Shown piece by piece: positions 52,587 through 64,000 of a stretch of DNA of 64,000 bases. Position numbers and translations under genes: made by a program. Positions within the stretch are counted from its first letter, which is position 1; every line of letters begins with the position of its first letter. The stretch spans positions 160,001 through 224,000 of the forward strand of contig JBKBYA010000002.1 in assembly GCA_046313635.1 (NCBI GenBank), read 5' to 3'. This stretch comes from Pyrinomonadaceae bacterium. GTDB lineage: Bacteria > Acidobacteriota > Blastocatellia > Pyrinomonadales > Pyrinomonadaceae. The notes below the pieces were generated by a model. The model made no database searches. It saw nothing but the letters and a program-made list of their open reading frames with translations, and was not told the DNA's origin.

Positions 52587-53252
52587 TCACGCGGCGGTCG
52601 ACTCGCCTTTTTGTTCGACGAGGTCGGGCTGCGGCGTGACGCGCAGGTAGGGTTTGACGGTCTTCCAGCCCGCGGGGAATTTCGTCTTTGCCTCCTCGTC
52701 CGAGAGCGACGGTACGATGATGCAGTCCTCGCCGTGCTTCCAGTCGACCGGCGTCGCGACGCTGTATTTCGACGTGAGCTGCAGCGAGTCGATCACACGG
52801 AGCAGCTCGGCAAAGTTGCGCCCCGTCGAGGCCGGGTACGTGATCATCAGTTTGATCTTTTTATCCGGTCCGATCACGTACACCGAACGCACGGTAAAGT
52901 TGTCGCTTGCATTTGGGTGGATCATATCGTAGAGATTTGCGATCGTGCGGTCGGGGTCGGCGATGAGCGGGAAGTTAAGCGCCGTGCCCTGGGTCTCCTC
53001 GATGTCCTTTGCCCAGCCGCGATGGTCCTCGAGCGGGTCGACGCTCAGGCCGATCACTTTTACATTTCGCTTTTCGAATTCGGGTTTAAGCTTCGCGGCC
53101 ATCCCGAGCTCGGTCGTGCAGACGGGCGTGTAGTCTTTAGGGTGAGAGAACAGAACGCCCCAACTGTCGCCCAGCCACTCGTGAAAACGGATCGTTCCTT
53201 CGGTAGTCTCCGCCGTAAAATCCGGAGCCTCGTCTCCAAGTCTCAAAGACAT
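52587..53252 (-). CDS. 1-Cys peroxiredoxin (Prx6 class)
   Basis: FSHPKDYTPVCTTE, YPASTGRNFAE; GGAGG RBS. Confidence 0.94.
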   Translation of the reverse strand: MSLRLGDEAPDFTAETTEGTIRFHEWLGDSWGVLFSHPKDYTPVCTTELGMAAKLKPEFEKRNVKVIGLSVDPLEDHRGWAKDIEETQGTALNFPLIADPDRTIANLYDMIHPNASDNFTVRSVYVIGPDKKIKLMITYPASTGRNFAELLRVIDSLQLTSKYSVATPVDWKHGEDCIIVPSLSDEEAKTKFPAGWKTVKPYLRVTPQPDLVEQKGESTAA

Positions 53253-53364
53253 AACTGAACACCTCCAAATCGAATTTGCGCGGATTATATCAGAGCGGGA
53301 AGGGAAGACAAGGGGCAATATAAAAAGCCCCGGCCCTGCCGGTCTGGGAGCCGCCAACCCTCCG

Positions 53365-53441
53365 GAGGCGCAGCCTCAAAAGTCTTTATAAGCACCTGAC
53401 GGAAAAGCGAAGCTTTTCCGCAAATAGGGCGGCGGAGCCGC
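53365..53441. repeat. cluster of GCGNAGC mini-hairpin palindromes
   Basis: GAGGCGCAGCCTC, CGGAAAAGCGAAGCTTTTCCG and GCGGCGGAGCCGC. Confidence 0.6.
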
Positions 53442-53500
53442 TGAAGAACGCTGGAAGATCGAGTATTCGGTTTCGGCGTAAGAAGTCAGATCCGCTAGAG

Positions 53501-54841
53501 CTAGGCTGCGTCGGCGGCGGCTTCTTCGGACGCTTCGCTTTGGCGGCGGAGGCGGAGAAGCGAGAGCTTTTTTTCGTCTGCTCTGAGGATCTCGATCTCG
53601 AGGCCGCGGATATTCAGCTTTTCGCCGACCCTCGGGACGTAGCCGGCCTCCGACGTGACGAGGCCTGCGATGGTGGTGAATTCGTCGTCGTCCTCGATCT
53701 CGAGGTCAAAGATGCGTTCGATCTTGTCGATCTCGGTCGAGCCGAGCACGTCGTAATAGCCGCCGCCTTCGCCCTCGACGATCTCGATGATCTCTTCTTC
53801 TTCGATATCCTCGTCCTCGATCTCGCCGACGATCTCCTCGAGAATGTCCTCGACGGTGACGACGCCGGCGACGCCGCCGTATTCGTCCACGACGACCGCA
53901 AACTGTGCGTGGCTGGTCTGCATCGCCTTGAGCAGGTCGTTGGCCGGCTTGGTCTCGGGTACAAAGAGGACGTCGCGCAGTATCGTCGATACGGGCCGGT
54001 CCTCGGCGCCCTCCTGCCATGCCTGCAGCAGGTCGCGCACGTAGATCACGCCTTCGATATTGTCGATCGTGTCGCGGTAGACCGGCAGGCGAGAATATTT
54101 TTGATCGATGATCAGATCGCGTGCCTTGCGGATGGTCGCGTCGATCGGCAGCGCGCAGATCTCGGTGCGCGGCGTCATTATTTCGCCAGCACGCGTCTCG
54201 CTGAATTCGACCATCGTCTCGATCAGCTCGCGTTCGCTCTCCTCGATTATTCCCTCCGCCTCGCCGACCTCGATCAGGGCCTGAAAGTCGTCCGCCGCCG
54301 TGTCTTCGGCGCCGGCCGTGCCGCCTCGCTCGTCGGGAGCGTTCGGCGCGACAGTTTGTTCGAGCCGCGAGCGTTCGCCGCGGTGCGGCGCTGCGACAAA
54401 GGGGGCGGCGATCACGCTGCCGATCCGGTACAGCGGCTTGACGGCCGGCAGCAGCAATAGCAGCTTGCGCTCGGTATCGCTGCGGACGAGCAAGCGGGGG
54501 ACGATCTGCCGCATCGTGACCGTCGCCACGACCGTGATCAGCAGCGAGTAGCCGAGCAGCACCGCATGATCGCGCGTGAAGTTCATCACGATCAGCGTAA
54601 CCAGCACCGCAAAGCAGATCAGCAGTACCTGAATGGCGCTCGAGAGTGCAAAGCGAAACTTAGGCCGGTTGTCGATGATCTCGCGCAGGAAGATCGCCGC
54701 CGCGGTCGAATCGGCGTCCTCGGCCTCGGACGAGATGCGCCGCAGCGTGACGTCGGACGTGTACGCAAACGCCATATCCACGGTCGCCAAAAATCCGAGC
54801 ACGACGAGGATGATCACCGAGAGGACTATCTCGAGCTCCAT
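53501..54841 (-). CDS. HlyC/CorC (CNNM-like) CBS-domain membrane protein
   Basis: TM domain, IMTPR, YSRLPVY, VVDEYGG..G.VT.ED.LEEIVGEI. Confidence 0.92.
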   Translation of the reverse strand: MELEIVLSVIILVVLGFLATVDMAFAYTSDVTLRRISSEAEDADSTAAAIFLREIIDNRPKFRFALSSAIQVLLICFAVLVTLIVMNFTRDHAVLLGYSLLITVVATVTMRQIVPRLLVRSDTERKLLLLLPAVKPLYRIGSVIAAPFVAAPHRGERSRLEQTVAPNAPDERGGTAGAEDTAADDFQALIEVGEAEGIIEESERELIETMVEFSETRAGEIMTPRTEICALPIDATIRKARDLIIDQKYSRLPVYRDTIDNIEGVIYVRDLLQAWQEGAEDRPVSTILRDVLFVPETKPANDLLKAMQTSHAQFAVVVDEYGGVAGVVTVEDILEEIVGEIEDEDIEEEEIIEIVEGEGGGYYDVLGSTEIDKIERIFDLEIEDDDEFTTIAGLVTSEAGYVPRVGEKLNIRGLEIEILRADEKKLSLLRLRRQSEASEEAAADAA

Positions 54842-54885
54842 ATGTGGTTGATTGTAAAGAGGCGGGCGGGAAATTCAAAAGTAGT

Positions 54886-55040
54886 GGCGAGGCGTGAGCG
54901 GTGAACGGTGAGTGGGAGGGAAGTGAATCGTGAATGGTGAATCGTAAATCGTAAATCGTGAATCGTGTGAATCGTGGATCGTCGTTCTTCATTTACGGGT
55001 TAACGTTTACCTCTTCCCATTTTCCGCTCACCGCTCACCG
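54886..55040. repeat. nested heptamer arrays
   Basis: Outer gtgagcg gtgaacg gtgagtg versus ccgctca ccgctca; inner gaatcgt-type unit about 7 times; the pgl stop codon lies in the outer arm. Confidence 0.85.
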
Positions 55041-55775
55041 GTCGAGGCGTGCACCGGCCGCGGCGTCGAGGAGCCAGATTAGGGGATTGCCGGTCGCGCT
55101 GACGAGAGAAGCCGGGAGGTCGGCTGTCGGCGGGCCGTCAATGATGCGGCGGACGATGTCAGCTTTGCCGGTGCCGGCGACGATGAAGACTGTCTGTGTC
55201 GAATTATTGATGACCGGCAGCGTGAGCGTGAGGCGATGCATTTGGAGTTTGTCGACCCAGTTGGCGATGGCGAGTCGCTCGGTCTCGTGGACGGCCGGCG
55301 TGCCGGGAAAGATCGACGCCGTGTGGCCGTCTTCGCCGAGGCCGAGGAGCGTCAGGTCAAAGCGCGGCAGCGCGCCCGGCGCGAGATCGAAAAACTGTTT
55401 TAGATGCACTTCGTAATCCGCCGCGGCGGCCGCCGGGTCGCCGAGCTCCGTTCGCCAGCGGTGAATGTTGTGAGCGGCGATGCCGAGCGGTGCAAAGAGC
55501 GCCTCGTCGACCATTCGAAAGTTGCTCTCAGGCGAGTCTGCAGGAACGAATCGCTCGTCGCCGAAGAAGAAATGGACTCGTGACCAATCGATCAGCGAAC
55601 CGTATTCGGCCGCAAGCCGCGCGTACAGCGAACGCGGCGTCGAGCCGCCCGAGAGCGAGACGGCATAACGCCCGCGAGCGGCGATGGCCTCGATTGCAGC
55701 CGAGGCAAACAGCTCGGCCGCCGAGAGGCTCAGATCATTTGGATCCTTTTTTACTATGATTCGCGGCGTCGACAT
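55035..55775 (-). CDS. pgl: 6-phosphogluconolactonase
   Basis: [36 protein letters not shown]. Confidence 0.95.
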   Translation of the reverse strand: MSTPRIIVKKDPNDLSLSAAELFASAAIEAIAARGRYAVSLSGGSTPRSLYARLAAEYGSLIDWSRVHFFFGDERFVPADSPESNFRMVDEALFAPLGIAAHNIHRWRTELGDPAAAAADYEVHLKQFFDLAPGALPRFDLTLLGLGEDGHTASIFPGTPAVHETERLAIANWVDKLQMHRLTLTLPVINNSTQTVFIVAGTGKADIVRRIIDGPPTADLPASLVSATGNPLIWLLDAAAGARLDR

Positions 55776-57294
55776 TCAGCGGATCGTTGATCGGATTCTT
55801 CCACGCGCGACCGTCGGCTTCGAGCAGCTCGTCGGCCTCGGGCGGGCCCCAGGTTCCGGCCGCGTAATTCGGAAAGTCGCGGGCCGGTATCGCGCTCCAT
55901 ACGTCGAGGATCGGCGTGACCACACTCCAGCTCGCCTCGACCATGTCGGCCCGCTGAAAGAGCGTCGCATCGCCGATCATGCAGTCGTAAAGCAGCCGCT
56001 CGTAGCCGGTCGAGAGCTGCTCGCCGAAGTGCTCGACGTAATTGAAATCCATATCGACCGCGCCGACCTTGACGACCGGTCCGGGGATCTTTGCACCGAA
56101 GTGGAGCGTGATGCCCTCGTCGGGCTGGATGTGGATCTCGATGCGGTTGGTGCGCAGCCGCTCGACGGGCGTGTCGCGAAAGAGCATGAACGGCGCCTTT
56201 TTGAACTGCACGATGATGCTCGAGTGCTTTTGCGGCAGACGCTTGCCCGTACGGACGTAAAAGGGCACGTCGGCCCAGCGCCAATTGTCGATCGAGAGCT
56301 TTACGGCGGCGTAGGTCTCGGTGTTTGACGCGGGGTCGACCTTTTCTTCGGCGCGGTAGGCCGGCACCTTTTTGCCGTCCATTTCGCCTTCGCCGTATTG
56401 ACCGCGAACCGCCTTGTGAAGCGCGTCCTCGGGCGTGAACGGCTGGATCGCGGCGAGGATCTTTGCCTGCTCGGTGCGAACGGCGTCGGCCTCGAAAGAT
56501 ACTGGCGGTTCCATTGCCGTCAAAGTGACGAGCTGGAAGATGTGATTCGGCACCATATCGCGCAGCGCTCCGGCATGATCGTAGTAGCCGCCGCGCTGCT
56601 CGACCCCGAGACGCTCGGCGACGGTGATCTGGACGTGATCGACGAAGTTGCGGTTCCAGATCGGCTCAAAGATGCTGTTGCCAAAGCGGAAGACCAAAAT
56701 GTTCTGCACCGTCTCTTTGCCGAGATAGTGATCGATGCGGTAGATCTGGCTCTCCTTGACGAGCGCGAGCAGGTCGGCGTTGAGCTTCTTTGCCGATGCG
56801 AGGTCGCGGCCAAAGGGCTTTTCAAAAATGAATCGACGCCAGCGGCCGCCCTCTTCGCGGCCGAGACCGTTCTTGACGATCTTTTTCGCCACATTGGCAA
56901 ACATATCCGGCGGGATCGCCATGTAGAAAAAGTAATTCTCGGGGATCTTGTGCTCGCTCGTGACCTTTTCGAGCAGGTCTTTGAGATCGGTGAAGAGCTT
57001 TTTGTCGTCGTCAAAGTCGCCGCCCGTGTAAAAGGTGCGCTCGCAAAAGAACTTGAGCAGGTCCTCGTCGATGCCGTTCGTAACAAACTCGCGCAGGTGA
57101 CGGTTGATCTCGGACCGAAACTCCGAGCTCTCCATTTCTTGCCGGCCGACGCCGGCGATCGCGAAATTGTCGGGCAGGAAGCCTTCTTTCGCGAGGTTGT
57201 AAAGGGCAGGAAAGAGCTTGCGTTTTGTCAGGTCGCCCGTCGCGCCGAAGATGACCATCACGCACGGGTCGACGGTTTTTTGAGCGTTGGACAT
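55735..57294 (-). CDS. zwf: glucose-6-phosphate 1-dehydrogenase
   Basis: [32 protein letters not shown]; start set at MSNAQK. Confidence 0.97.
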   Translation of the reverse strand: MSNAQKTVDPCVMVIFGATGDLTKRKLFPALYNLAKEGFLPDNFAIAGVGRQEMESSEFRSEINRHLREFVTNGIDEDLLKFFCERTFYTGGDFDDDKKLFTDLKDLLEKVTSEHKIPENYFFYMAIPPDMFANVAKKIVKNGLGREEGGRWRRFIFEKPFGRDLASAKKLNADLLALVKESQIYRIDHYLGKETVQNILVFRFGNSIFEPIWNRNFVDHVQITVAERLGVEQRGGYYDHAGALRDMVPNHIFQLVTLTAMEPPVSFEADAVRTEQAKILAAIQPFTPEDALHKAVRGQYGEGEMDGKKVPAYRAEEKVDPASNTETYAAVKLSIDNWRWADVPFYVRTGKRLPQKHSSIIVQFKKAPFMLFRDTPVERLRTNRIEIHIQPDEGITLHFGAKIPGPVVKVGAVDMDFNYVEHFGEQLSTGYERLLYDCMIGDATLFQRADMVEASWSVVTPILDVWSAIPARDFPNYAAGTWGPPEADELLEADGRAWKNPINDPLNVDAANHSKKGSK

Positions 57295-57311
57295 TTGTAG
57301 GGTTGATTTAA

Positions 57312-57338
57312 CCACAGAGAACACGGAGAGCACAGAGG
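57312..57338. repeat. 9-mer tandem repeat
   Basis: cacagagaa cacggagag cacagag between ybeY and zwf. Confidence 0.65.
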
Positions 57339-57376
57339 GGCTTTAAGGCGCCCGCTTTTTGCCGCGATCTCTCGGG

Positions 57377-57808
57377 CTAAATTCCAAGCCGCTCGCGCAG
57401 CTCGAGCTCGCGAGCGTTCATCTCGCCTTTGTCGGTCTCGTGATCGTAGCCGCAGAGATGAAGCAGGCCGTGGACGATGAGCTGTTTGATCTCGGCTTCG
57501 AGAGTGAGGCCGTTCTCGTCCGCCTGCTTTTGGGCCTGCTCGGCTGAGATGACGATGTCGCCGAGATTGGTCGAGTCGGTGTCGAACTCGTCCGGCTCGT
57601 GCGGGAATGAGAGGACATCGGTCGTCGAGTCCTTGCCGCGAAAAAAGCCGTTGAGCTCGGTCATTCGACGGTCGGAGACCAGCGCTACCGAGAACACGCG
57701 GCCCGACGCCTCAGCGACCTCATTCGGCAGCGTCGCGGCAAACGCTCGGATCGCTTTGGCGTCGAGCGTGACCTTTCGCTGGAGATTGACGACGGTGAGT
57801 GTGTTCAT
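57377..57808 (-). CDS. ybeY: rRNA maturation endoribonuclease
   Basis: TDVLSF, LGDIVIS, HGLLHLCGYDH. Confidence 0.95.
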   Translation of the reverse strand: MNTLTVVNLQRKVTLDAKAIRAFAATLPNEVAEASGRVFSVALVSDRRMTELNGFFRGKDSTTDVLSFPHEPDEFDTDSTNLGDIVISAEQAQKQADENGLTLEAEIKQLIVHGLLHLCGYDHETDKGEMNARELELRERLGI

Positions 57809-57837
57809 CTGATCGAACTCTCCGGTGCGGACGGCAC

Positions 57838-58800
57838 TTATTTCTCGTCGTCTTTCGTTGCCTTGTCGTACGCCTGAACGATCATCTGGACGAGCTTGTG
57901 CCGGACGACGTCCTTTTCGCTGAAGTAGACAAACTCGATCATATCGATGTCGCGGAGGACCTCCTCAGCTTCCTTGAGGCCGGAGCGTTGGCCGCGCGGC
58001 AGGTCGATCTGCGTCTTGTCGCCCGTGACGACCGCCTTTGAGCCAAAGCCGATGCGGGTCAGGAACATCTTCATCTGCTCGCTCGTCGTATTCTGCGCTT
58101 CGTCGAGAATGATGAAAGCGTCACTCAATGTGCGGCCGCGCATAAAGGCAAGCGGGGCGATCTCGATGATGCGCTTCTCGAGCATCTTGGTCACCTTTTC
58201 GGCGTCGACCAGATCGAAGAGCGCGTCGTACAGCGGGCGAAGGTACGGGTCGACCTTTTCCTGCAGATCGCCGGGCAAAAAGCCGAGCCGCTCGCCGGCC
58301 TCGACCGCCGGGCGCGTCAGGATGATGCGGCTGACCTGCTTTTTAAAGAGCGCGTCGACCGCCATCGCGACGGCGAGGAAGCTCTTGCCCGTGCCTGCGA
58401 CGCCGATGCCGAAGACAAGGTCGTTCTTTGCGATCGCGTCGAGGTAGCGGCGCTGGTTGGCGGTCTTGGGCGCGACCTGCTTCTTGCCCGACGGGTTGAA
58501 TCGCGCCTTCTGAAAATAGTCTCGCAGCGAATAGGCGCGGTCCTCGGCGATCTGCTTGAAGGCGTCCTTGAGCTCGCGGTCCGAGAACGTGTTGCCCTCG
58601 CTGAAGAGCTCGCCAAAGTCGCGGAGGATGCTCTCGACCGTCTCGATATCGCGCGGGTCGCCGTCGATCAAAAGCTCGTTGCCGCGGGCGCCGATCGAGA
58701 CGTCGAGGAGCGACTCGAGGTACTTGATGTTTTGATCCTGTACTCCGAAGAGCGTGTTGAGGCCTTGGGCGGGAAGTTCTAGTTTTCGCAAATTGGTCAA
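57838..58800 (-). CDS. phoH: PhoH-family ATPase
   Basis: [40 protein letters not shown] start. Confidence 0.94.
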   Translation of the reverse strand: MTNLRKLELPAQGLNTLFGVQDQNIKYLESLLDVSIGARGNELLIDGDPRDIETVESILRDFGELFSEGNTFSDRELKDAFKQIAEDRAYSLRDYFQKARFNPSGKKQVAPKTANQRRYLDAIAKNDLVFGIGVAGTGKSFLAVAMAVDALFKKQVSRIILTRPAVEAGERLGFLPGDLQEKVDPYLRPLYDALFDLVDAEKVTKMLEKRIIEIAPLAFMRGRTLSDAFIILDEAQNTTSEQMKMFLTRIGFGSKAVVTGDKTQIDLPRGQRSGLKEAEEVLRDIDMIEFVYFSEKDVVRHKLVQMIVQAYDKATKDDEK

Positions 58801-58944
58801 ATTAATTGTTACGAAACTTGGAGTTATTTGTATAGGACGAGGCTACTAAAGGCGTTCAGACGTGTCAACGCATATTTGCCGCGGCGAGGTCTGCGAGATG
58901 CCTCTCTTGGTCAAAGGCGTGAACCCCAACGATACACCGGCGGC

Positions 58945-58959
58945 TGGCACGATGCTTGC
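58945..58959 (+). promoter_or_regulatory. sigma54 (-24/-12) promoter
   Basis: TGGCACGATGCTTGC matches TGGCACG-N4-TTGC exactly. Confidence 0.7.
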
Positions 58960-59027
58960 GAAACCCCACGACACGAAACACACCTCACAAGATCTGTGCG
59001 GAAATAAAACGAGGAGGCGGACGAGCA

Positions 59028-59258
59028 GTGATCACCAACTTCATAAAGGGCGCGGCGGAACAGATTGACAACGCGACGATGCGCGCGGCGGCGAGAGAGA
59101 CATTCGGTATCGAGAAGGGCGAGGGAGCGATCCGTATCAGGCGAAAGGACGACAGACCGCAGGACGGCGTCCCGAACAGGGATATTTACGACCGGGCCAG
59201 AATGATCTACCTTCGCGCCCGCAGGCCCCGCATGACGAGGGCGTCAGCAATATTCTAG
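59028..59258 (+). CDS. 76-aa basic hypothetical protein
   Basis: GAGGAGG RBS before GTG; its stop overlaps the RBS of the next gene. Confidence 0.5.
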   Translation: MITNFIKGAAEQIDNATMRAAARETFGIEKGEGAIRIRRKDDRPQDGVPNRDIYDRARMIYLRARRPRMTRASAIF

Positions 59259-59270
59259 GAGGTGAACGTT

Positions 59271-59447
59271 ATGCCGAGAGGCGACAAGGACAAGTACACC
59301 GACAAGCAGAAGAGGCAAGCCGAGCATATCGAAGAAGGCTACGAGAAGCGCGGCGTCTCTAAGGACGAAGCGGAAAAGCGTGCCTGGGCGACAGTTAACA
59401 AACAGGACGGCGGCGGCAAAAAGAGCGGCTCCGGGCGCAAGAAATAA
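59271..59447 (+). CDS. small hydrophilic protein (ChaB-like or general-stress type)
   Basis: AGGAGGTG RBS; MPRGDKDKYTDKQKRQAEHIEEGYEKRGVSKDEAEKRAWATVNKQDGGGKKSGSGRKK. Confidence 0.85.
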   Translation: MPRGDKDKYTDKQKRQAEHIEEGYEKRGVSKDEAEKRAWATVNKQDGGGKKSGSGRKK

Positions 59448-59504
59448 AAAGGGACAAGTGTTTTGTACGGGGAAGGAGAGAATGGGGGCTCGAGCTTCCC
59501 GCAC

Positions 59505-59540
59505 AGAAAAGAGACTGCCTCGACTGGCAGTCTCTTTTCT
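59505..59540. terminator. bidirectional terminator
   Basis: AGAAAAGAGACTGCC / GGCAGTCTCTTTTCT perfect stem between convergent genes. Confidence 0.85.
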
Positions 59541-59582
59541 TGCGTTATCATCGGTCACGCGAAAGGCCGCGTCCGAGCTGAT

Positions 59583-60203
59583 TTATCCTCGCCGGCTTGA
59601 TACGACGCCCATCAGACGCCCCGGAAAGGTCGCGAAGTTCTCGATCTCTACACGACCGGCCCCGGTCCGCTTGTCGGTCCGCCAACGGACCTGCGCGGCG
59701 GGAATGTAGGTACCCGAGCCTCGCCCGGTCCGCGGGTCGATGTAGATCTCAAACACGCCGAAAGGATAATCGGTCGAGCGGTACCCGCCCCGCAGCTCGG
59801 CAAACTGCATCCAGCGCCGAAACGCCACAAAGAGGCGCCTCTGACCGTCCACCATGTCCTCGTGAACGAAGTTGATCCGCGGGCCGATCCGGTTATTGAG
59901 TGAAAACGAGCCGAGGTCTCGATCGTCGATCTTGTCGAGAACGTCCCTCTGGTCGCCCTCCTGCAGCAGCCCGACGAGGTCGCGGACCTCGTCGGCCGAC
60001 GTCCGACCTGTCAGCCGCAGCGTGAACGGCAGGACGTATGTTCGCGTATTCGCACCGGTGCCGTACAGAACGACCGTCCCGGTGATGGTCTCGACGCCGC
60101 TCTTCGGGGCGGTCATGCGCTGAGCCTCGGCGGCCCCCGCGAGACCTAACAGGACGATGAGGCCCCCAGCCAGACGGTTAAAGAGCTTTGATCTGATCAT
60201 CAT
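59583..60203 (-). CDS. hypothetical secreted protein
   Basis: GGGAGG RBS, signal AEA-Q, motif RSTDYPFGVFEI. Confidence 0.78.
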   Translation of the reverse strand: MMIRSKLFNRLAGGLIVLLGLAGAAEAQRMTAPKSGVETITGTVVLYGTGANTRTYVLPFTLRLTGRTSADEVRDLVGLLQEGDQRDVLDKIDDRDLGSFSLNNRIGPRINFVHEDMVDGQRRLFVAFRRWMQFAELRGGYRSTDYPFGVFEIYIDPRTGRGSGTYIPAAQVRWRTDKRTGAGRVEIENFATFPGRLMGVVSSRRG

Positions 60204-60334
60204 AATATCCTCCCTTAATATTTCGAATATCTAAGATCTCGGTCTTGCAGCGATCAAGACCTTGATCACTACATCCGATCATTAGATTCAGGCAGACGGG
60301 GCAGTGTTGTTTGCCCCAAAAACTGGCTCAGATC

Positions 60335-60372
60335 AAAAAAAGATCCGCCGTCCCCGATGGATGGCGGATCTT
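60335..60372 (-). terminator. terminator after atpC
   Basis: AAGATCCGCC / GGCGGATCTT followed by a T run on the minus strand. Confidence 0.75.
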
Positions 60373-60412
60373 GCGAGAACCTCGGCCGCCTCGCAGGCGG
60401 CACCGAGACGGT

Positions 60413-60814
60413 TCATTTGCCCGCGGCGAGCTGCAGGCGGGCGTTGGCGGCCTCGAGCTGATCGCGAAGCTCCTCGGTCTCCTCGATCGGCGCGGTCGCT
60501 GCGGCGGCGAGAGCCTTCTCGGCGTTTTCACGATCGAGACGCGCGGCGTCGAGGCTGATCTCGCCCGCAAGTTCGGCGGCGTCGGCCAGCACGGTCACGC
60601 GATTATTGTTGACCTCGACAAAACCTCCGGTGATGACGATCCTCTCGGTGGCGCCGCCGGCCGTATACGAAAGAACGCCGGGTTTCAGCGCCGAGATCAA
60701 AGGAGCATGATTCGTCAGGATGCCGGCCTCGCCCGATGCGGTCGGCACGGTCACGGAGTCGGCTTCGACATCGACCACTTTGCGTTCGGGAGTAACGATC
60801 TCAAGTCTTAACAT
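60413..60814 (-). CDS. atpC: F1 ATP synthase epsilon subunit
   Basis: LEIVTPE, GILTNHAP, GGFVEV. Confidence 0.96.
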   Translation of the reverse strand: MLRLEIVTPERKVVDVEADSVTVPTASGEAGILTNHAPLISALKPGVLSYTAGGATERIVITGGFVEVNNNRVTVLADAAELAGEISLDAARLDRENAEKALAAAATAPIEETEELRDQLEAANARLQLAAGK

Positions 60815-60819
60815 AGATT

Positions 60820-60895
60820 AGAGTTCAGAGTGTGGAGTGACGAGTGACGAGTTCAAGACCTATCGCTGGTCACTTGTCACCCGTCGCTCGTCACC
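60820..60895. repeat. inverted heptamer tandem array
   Basis: agagttc agagtgt ggagtga cgagtga cgagttc versus tcgctgg tcacttg tcacccg tcgctcg tcacc; fills the atpD-atpC gap. Confidence 0.8.
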
Positions 60896-60898
60896 AAT

Positions 60899-62422
<1,524 letters not shown>

Positions 62423-62750
62423 TTAAAGTGCTCCTTTGATAGATGCAAAAATGCTGGGTTTTACAAAGGAGTTAGAGTACCACAGCGTGGGAAAGTACCG
62501 CAAAGTCCGGCGGGCGGCGGCGGCGATGCGGACGCAATATGTTGTGGCGCTCGTCGTCGTCGAGATGGCTCTCGCCGTTCGTTCCTTTGTATGTTGAGCG
62601 GCGGTCATACCGACGCGGCGGGGCGCGATAGTGCACCGTTCGCACTTAACGGGTCACACGCCGCTCAAAATCTGCTTGCCTTTTAGCGTTTCCGTGGTAT
62701 AACGGCGTTACCGAAAATACAACTCACTTCGAGCTCAGGAGAACAAAGGG

Positions 62751-64000
62751 ATGGCAAAGTTTACGATCAGTGTGCTGCTGACGGCAGTCTTTACATTGTC
62801 CGTTTGCGTAATGGTGCGCGCGCAGACGACCGAATTCACGTTTCAGGGGACGCTCACCAGCGGCGGGCAGCCGGCGAACGGGCAGCATGACTTCGAATTT
62901 CGATTGTACGATGCTCTCACAGGCGGCACGCAGATCGGCGGCGTCGTGACGCGAAGCGCCGTTCAGGTCAACAACGGCAGTTTTGCGGTGCCGTTGGATT
63001 TCGGATCGCAGTTTCCCGGAGCCGACCGGTATCTGGAGATCAAGGTGCGGCAGGCGGGAGCGCCGAATTGGGAAACGCTGGCCCCGCGCCAACGTGTCGC
63101 GAGCCAGCCTTACGCGGTCCGCGCGCTTGACGCGACCAATGCCGGCAGTGCGGCAACGGCGGCCAACGCGTCTGCGCTCGGCGGCATTCCGGCGGCGCAG
63201 TACGTCTTGACGATCGACAGCCGTCTCTCGGACGCTCGTCAGCCGCTGCCGGGCAACGCGAATTACATACAGAACAACAACGCCGCGGCCCAAACCGCGA
63301 GTTTCTGGATCACGGGCGCCGCCAAGGCATTCTCGGTCAGCGGCGACATAGTCAACGGCGGAACGGTCAACGCCGACCTGCTGAGGACCGGCGTCATTCA
63401 ACATACTTCGGGCGCGAGGAGCCTCTTTACCGATACGGCGACAAACAGCACTCTGGTCGGCATCGGCACGGCATCGGCAAATACCGGCGCGTCCAACACG
63501 TTTGTCGGCTGGAGCTCGGGCGCGGCAAATACCGACGGCGCCCGCAACTCATTCTTCGGAGCGTCGTCCGGGCTGGCAAATACGACCGGTGCCGATAATG
63601 CCTTTTTCGGCAATCTCGCCGGCGGCGACACTGTCGGCGGCAGCCGCAATTCGCTCTTCGGCGCGACCGCAGGCCGGCTCAATACGACTGGCAGCGACAA
63701 TTCGTTCTTTGGCTGGCAGGCCGGCCGGACCAATACGACCGGCACGGGCAATCTCGCCATCGGAGCCTTTGCCGATCTCTCGACGAGCAATCTGACAAAC
63801 GCGTCTGCGATCGGATTTCGCGCTTTGGCGACGCAGTCCAACAGTCTCGTGCTCGGCTCGGTCAACGGCGTCAACGGCGCGACGGCCGACACGAATGTCG
63901 GCATCGGGACGACCGCTCCGACGCAGCGTCTGCACGTTGTCGGCAACAGCCTCTTTACCGGCAACCTCAGCGTGAGCGGCTCGATCACGGGCACGCTCAA
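62751..64000 (+). CDS. secreted tail-fibre/adhesin-like protein with 14-residue NTTG..NSFFG..AG repeats (runs off window end)
   Basis: Not in the ORF track because it has no stop. Hand translation: MAKFTISVLLTAVFTLSVCVMVRA-QTTEFTFQGTL, PRQRVASQPYA, NTTGADNAFFG, NVGIGTTAP. Confidence 0.85.
   Translation, partial: MAKFTISVLLTAVFTLSVCVMVRAQTTEFTFQGTLTSGGQPANGQHDFEFRLYDALTGGTQIGGVVTRSAVQVNNGSFAVPLDFGSQFPGADRYLEIKVRQAGAPNWETLAPRQRVASQPYAVRALDATNAGSAATAANASALGGIPAAQYVLTIDSRLSDARQPLPGNANYIQNNNAAAQTASFWITGAAKAFSVSGDIVNGGTVNADLLRTGVIQHTSGARSLFTDTATNSTLVGIGTASANTGASNTFVGWSSGAANTDGARNSFFGASSGLANTTGADNAFFGNLAGGDTVGGSRNSLFGATAGRLNTTGSDNSFFGWQAGRTNTTGTGNLAIGAFADLSTSNLTNASAIGFRALATQSNSLVLGSVNGVNGATADTNVGIGTTAPTQRLHVVGNSLFTGNLSVSGSITGTL

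Noticed and set aside
54886..55040. Possible CRISPR array (also considered for 52285-52578)
   Set aside because: Units are 7-9 bp tandem repeats with no unique spacers, and there are no cas genes.
55735..55775. Frameshift or pseudogene at the zwf/pgl overlap
   Set aside because: Both proteins have complete motifs; only a short non-conserved zwf tail overlaps.
62423..62608. 61-aa ORF upstream of atpD as a leader peptide
   Set aside because: It overlaps the likely atpD promoter, lacks a clear RBS and has no recognisable features.

Overview
GC-rich bacterial chromosomal window. Protein types and style suggest Acidobacteriota, probably Blastocatellia (inference only). It is mostly housekeeping and metabolism: metH, pntAB, gcvT-H-PA-PB, larE, a glutamate dehydrogenase, bshC, mutL, a chorismate mutase/prephenate dehydratase/DAHP synthase operon, a deoxyhypusine-synthase-like gene, phoH-ybeY-zwf-pgl-corC and atpDC, plus several secreted or outer-membrane proteins. 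No rRNA, tRNA, CRISPR array or prophage was seen. The notable signals are: (1) a pervasive repeat layer made of a lone HUH/Y1 (RAYT-like) transposase between pntA and pntB with perfect 39-bp inverted REP arms, related REP palindromes elsewhere, three repeat-derived in-frame insertions inside metH, and inverted 7-mer/9-mer tandem arrays of different sequence at many cistron junctions; (2) a SAM-II-like aptamer followed by a terminator/antiterminator ahead of metH; (3) a Phe/Tyr-rich leader-peptide attenuator over three enzymes lacking their usual feedback domains; (4) a ROK-regulated TonB receptor/SSS transporter/PIG-L deacetylase/non-canonical ArgH-like lyase locus close to bshC, a candidate undescribed catabolic or salvage pathway; (5) a Tat-signal PLP enzyme inside the glycine cleavage operon. 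All calls come from reading motifs by eye; no searches were run.
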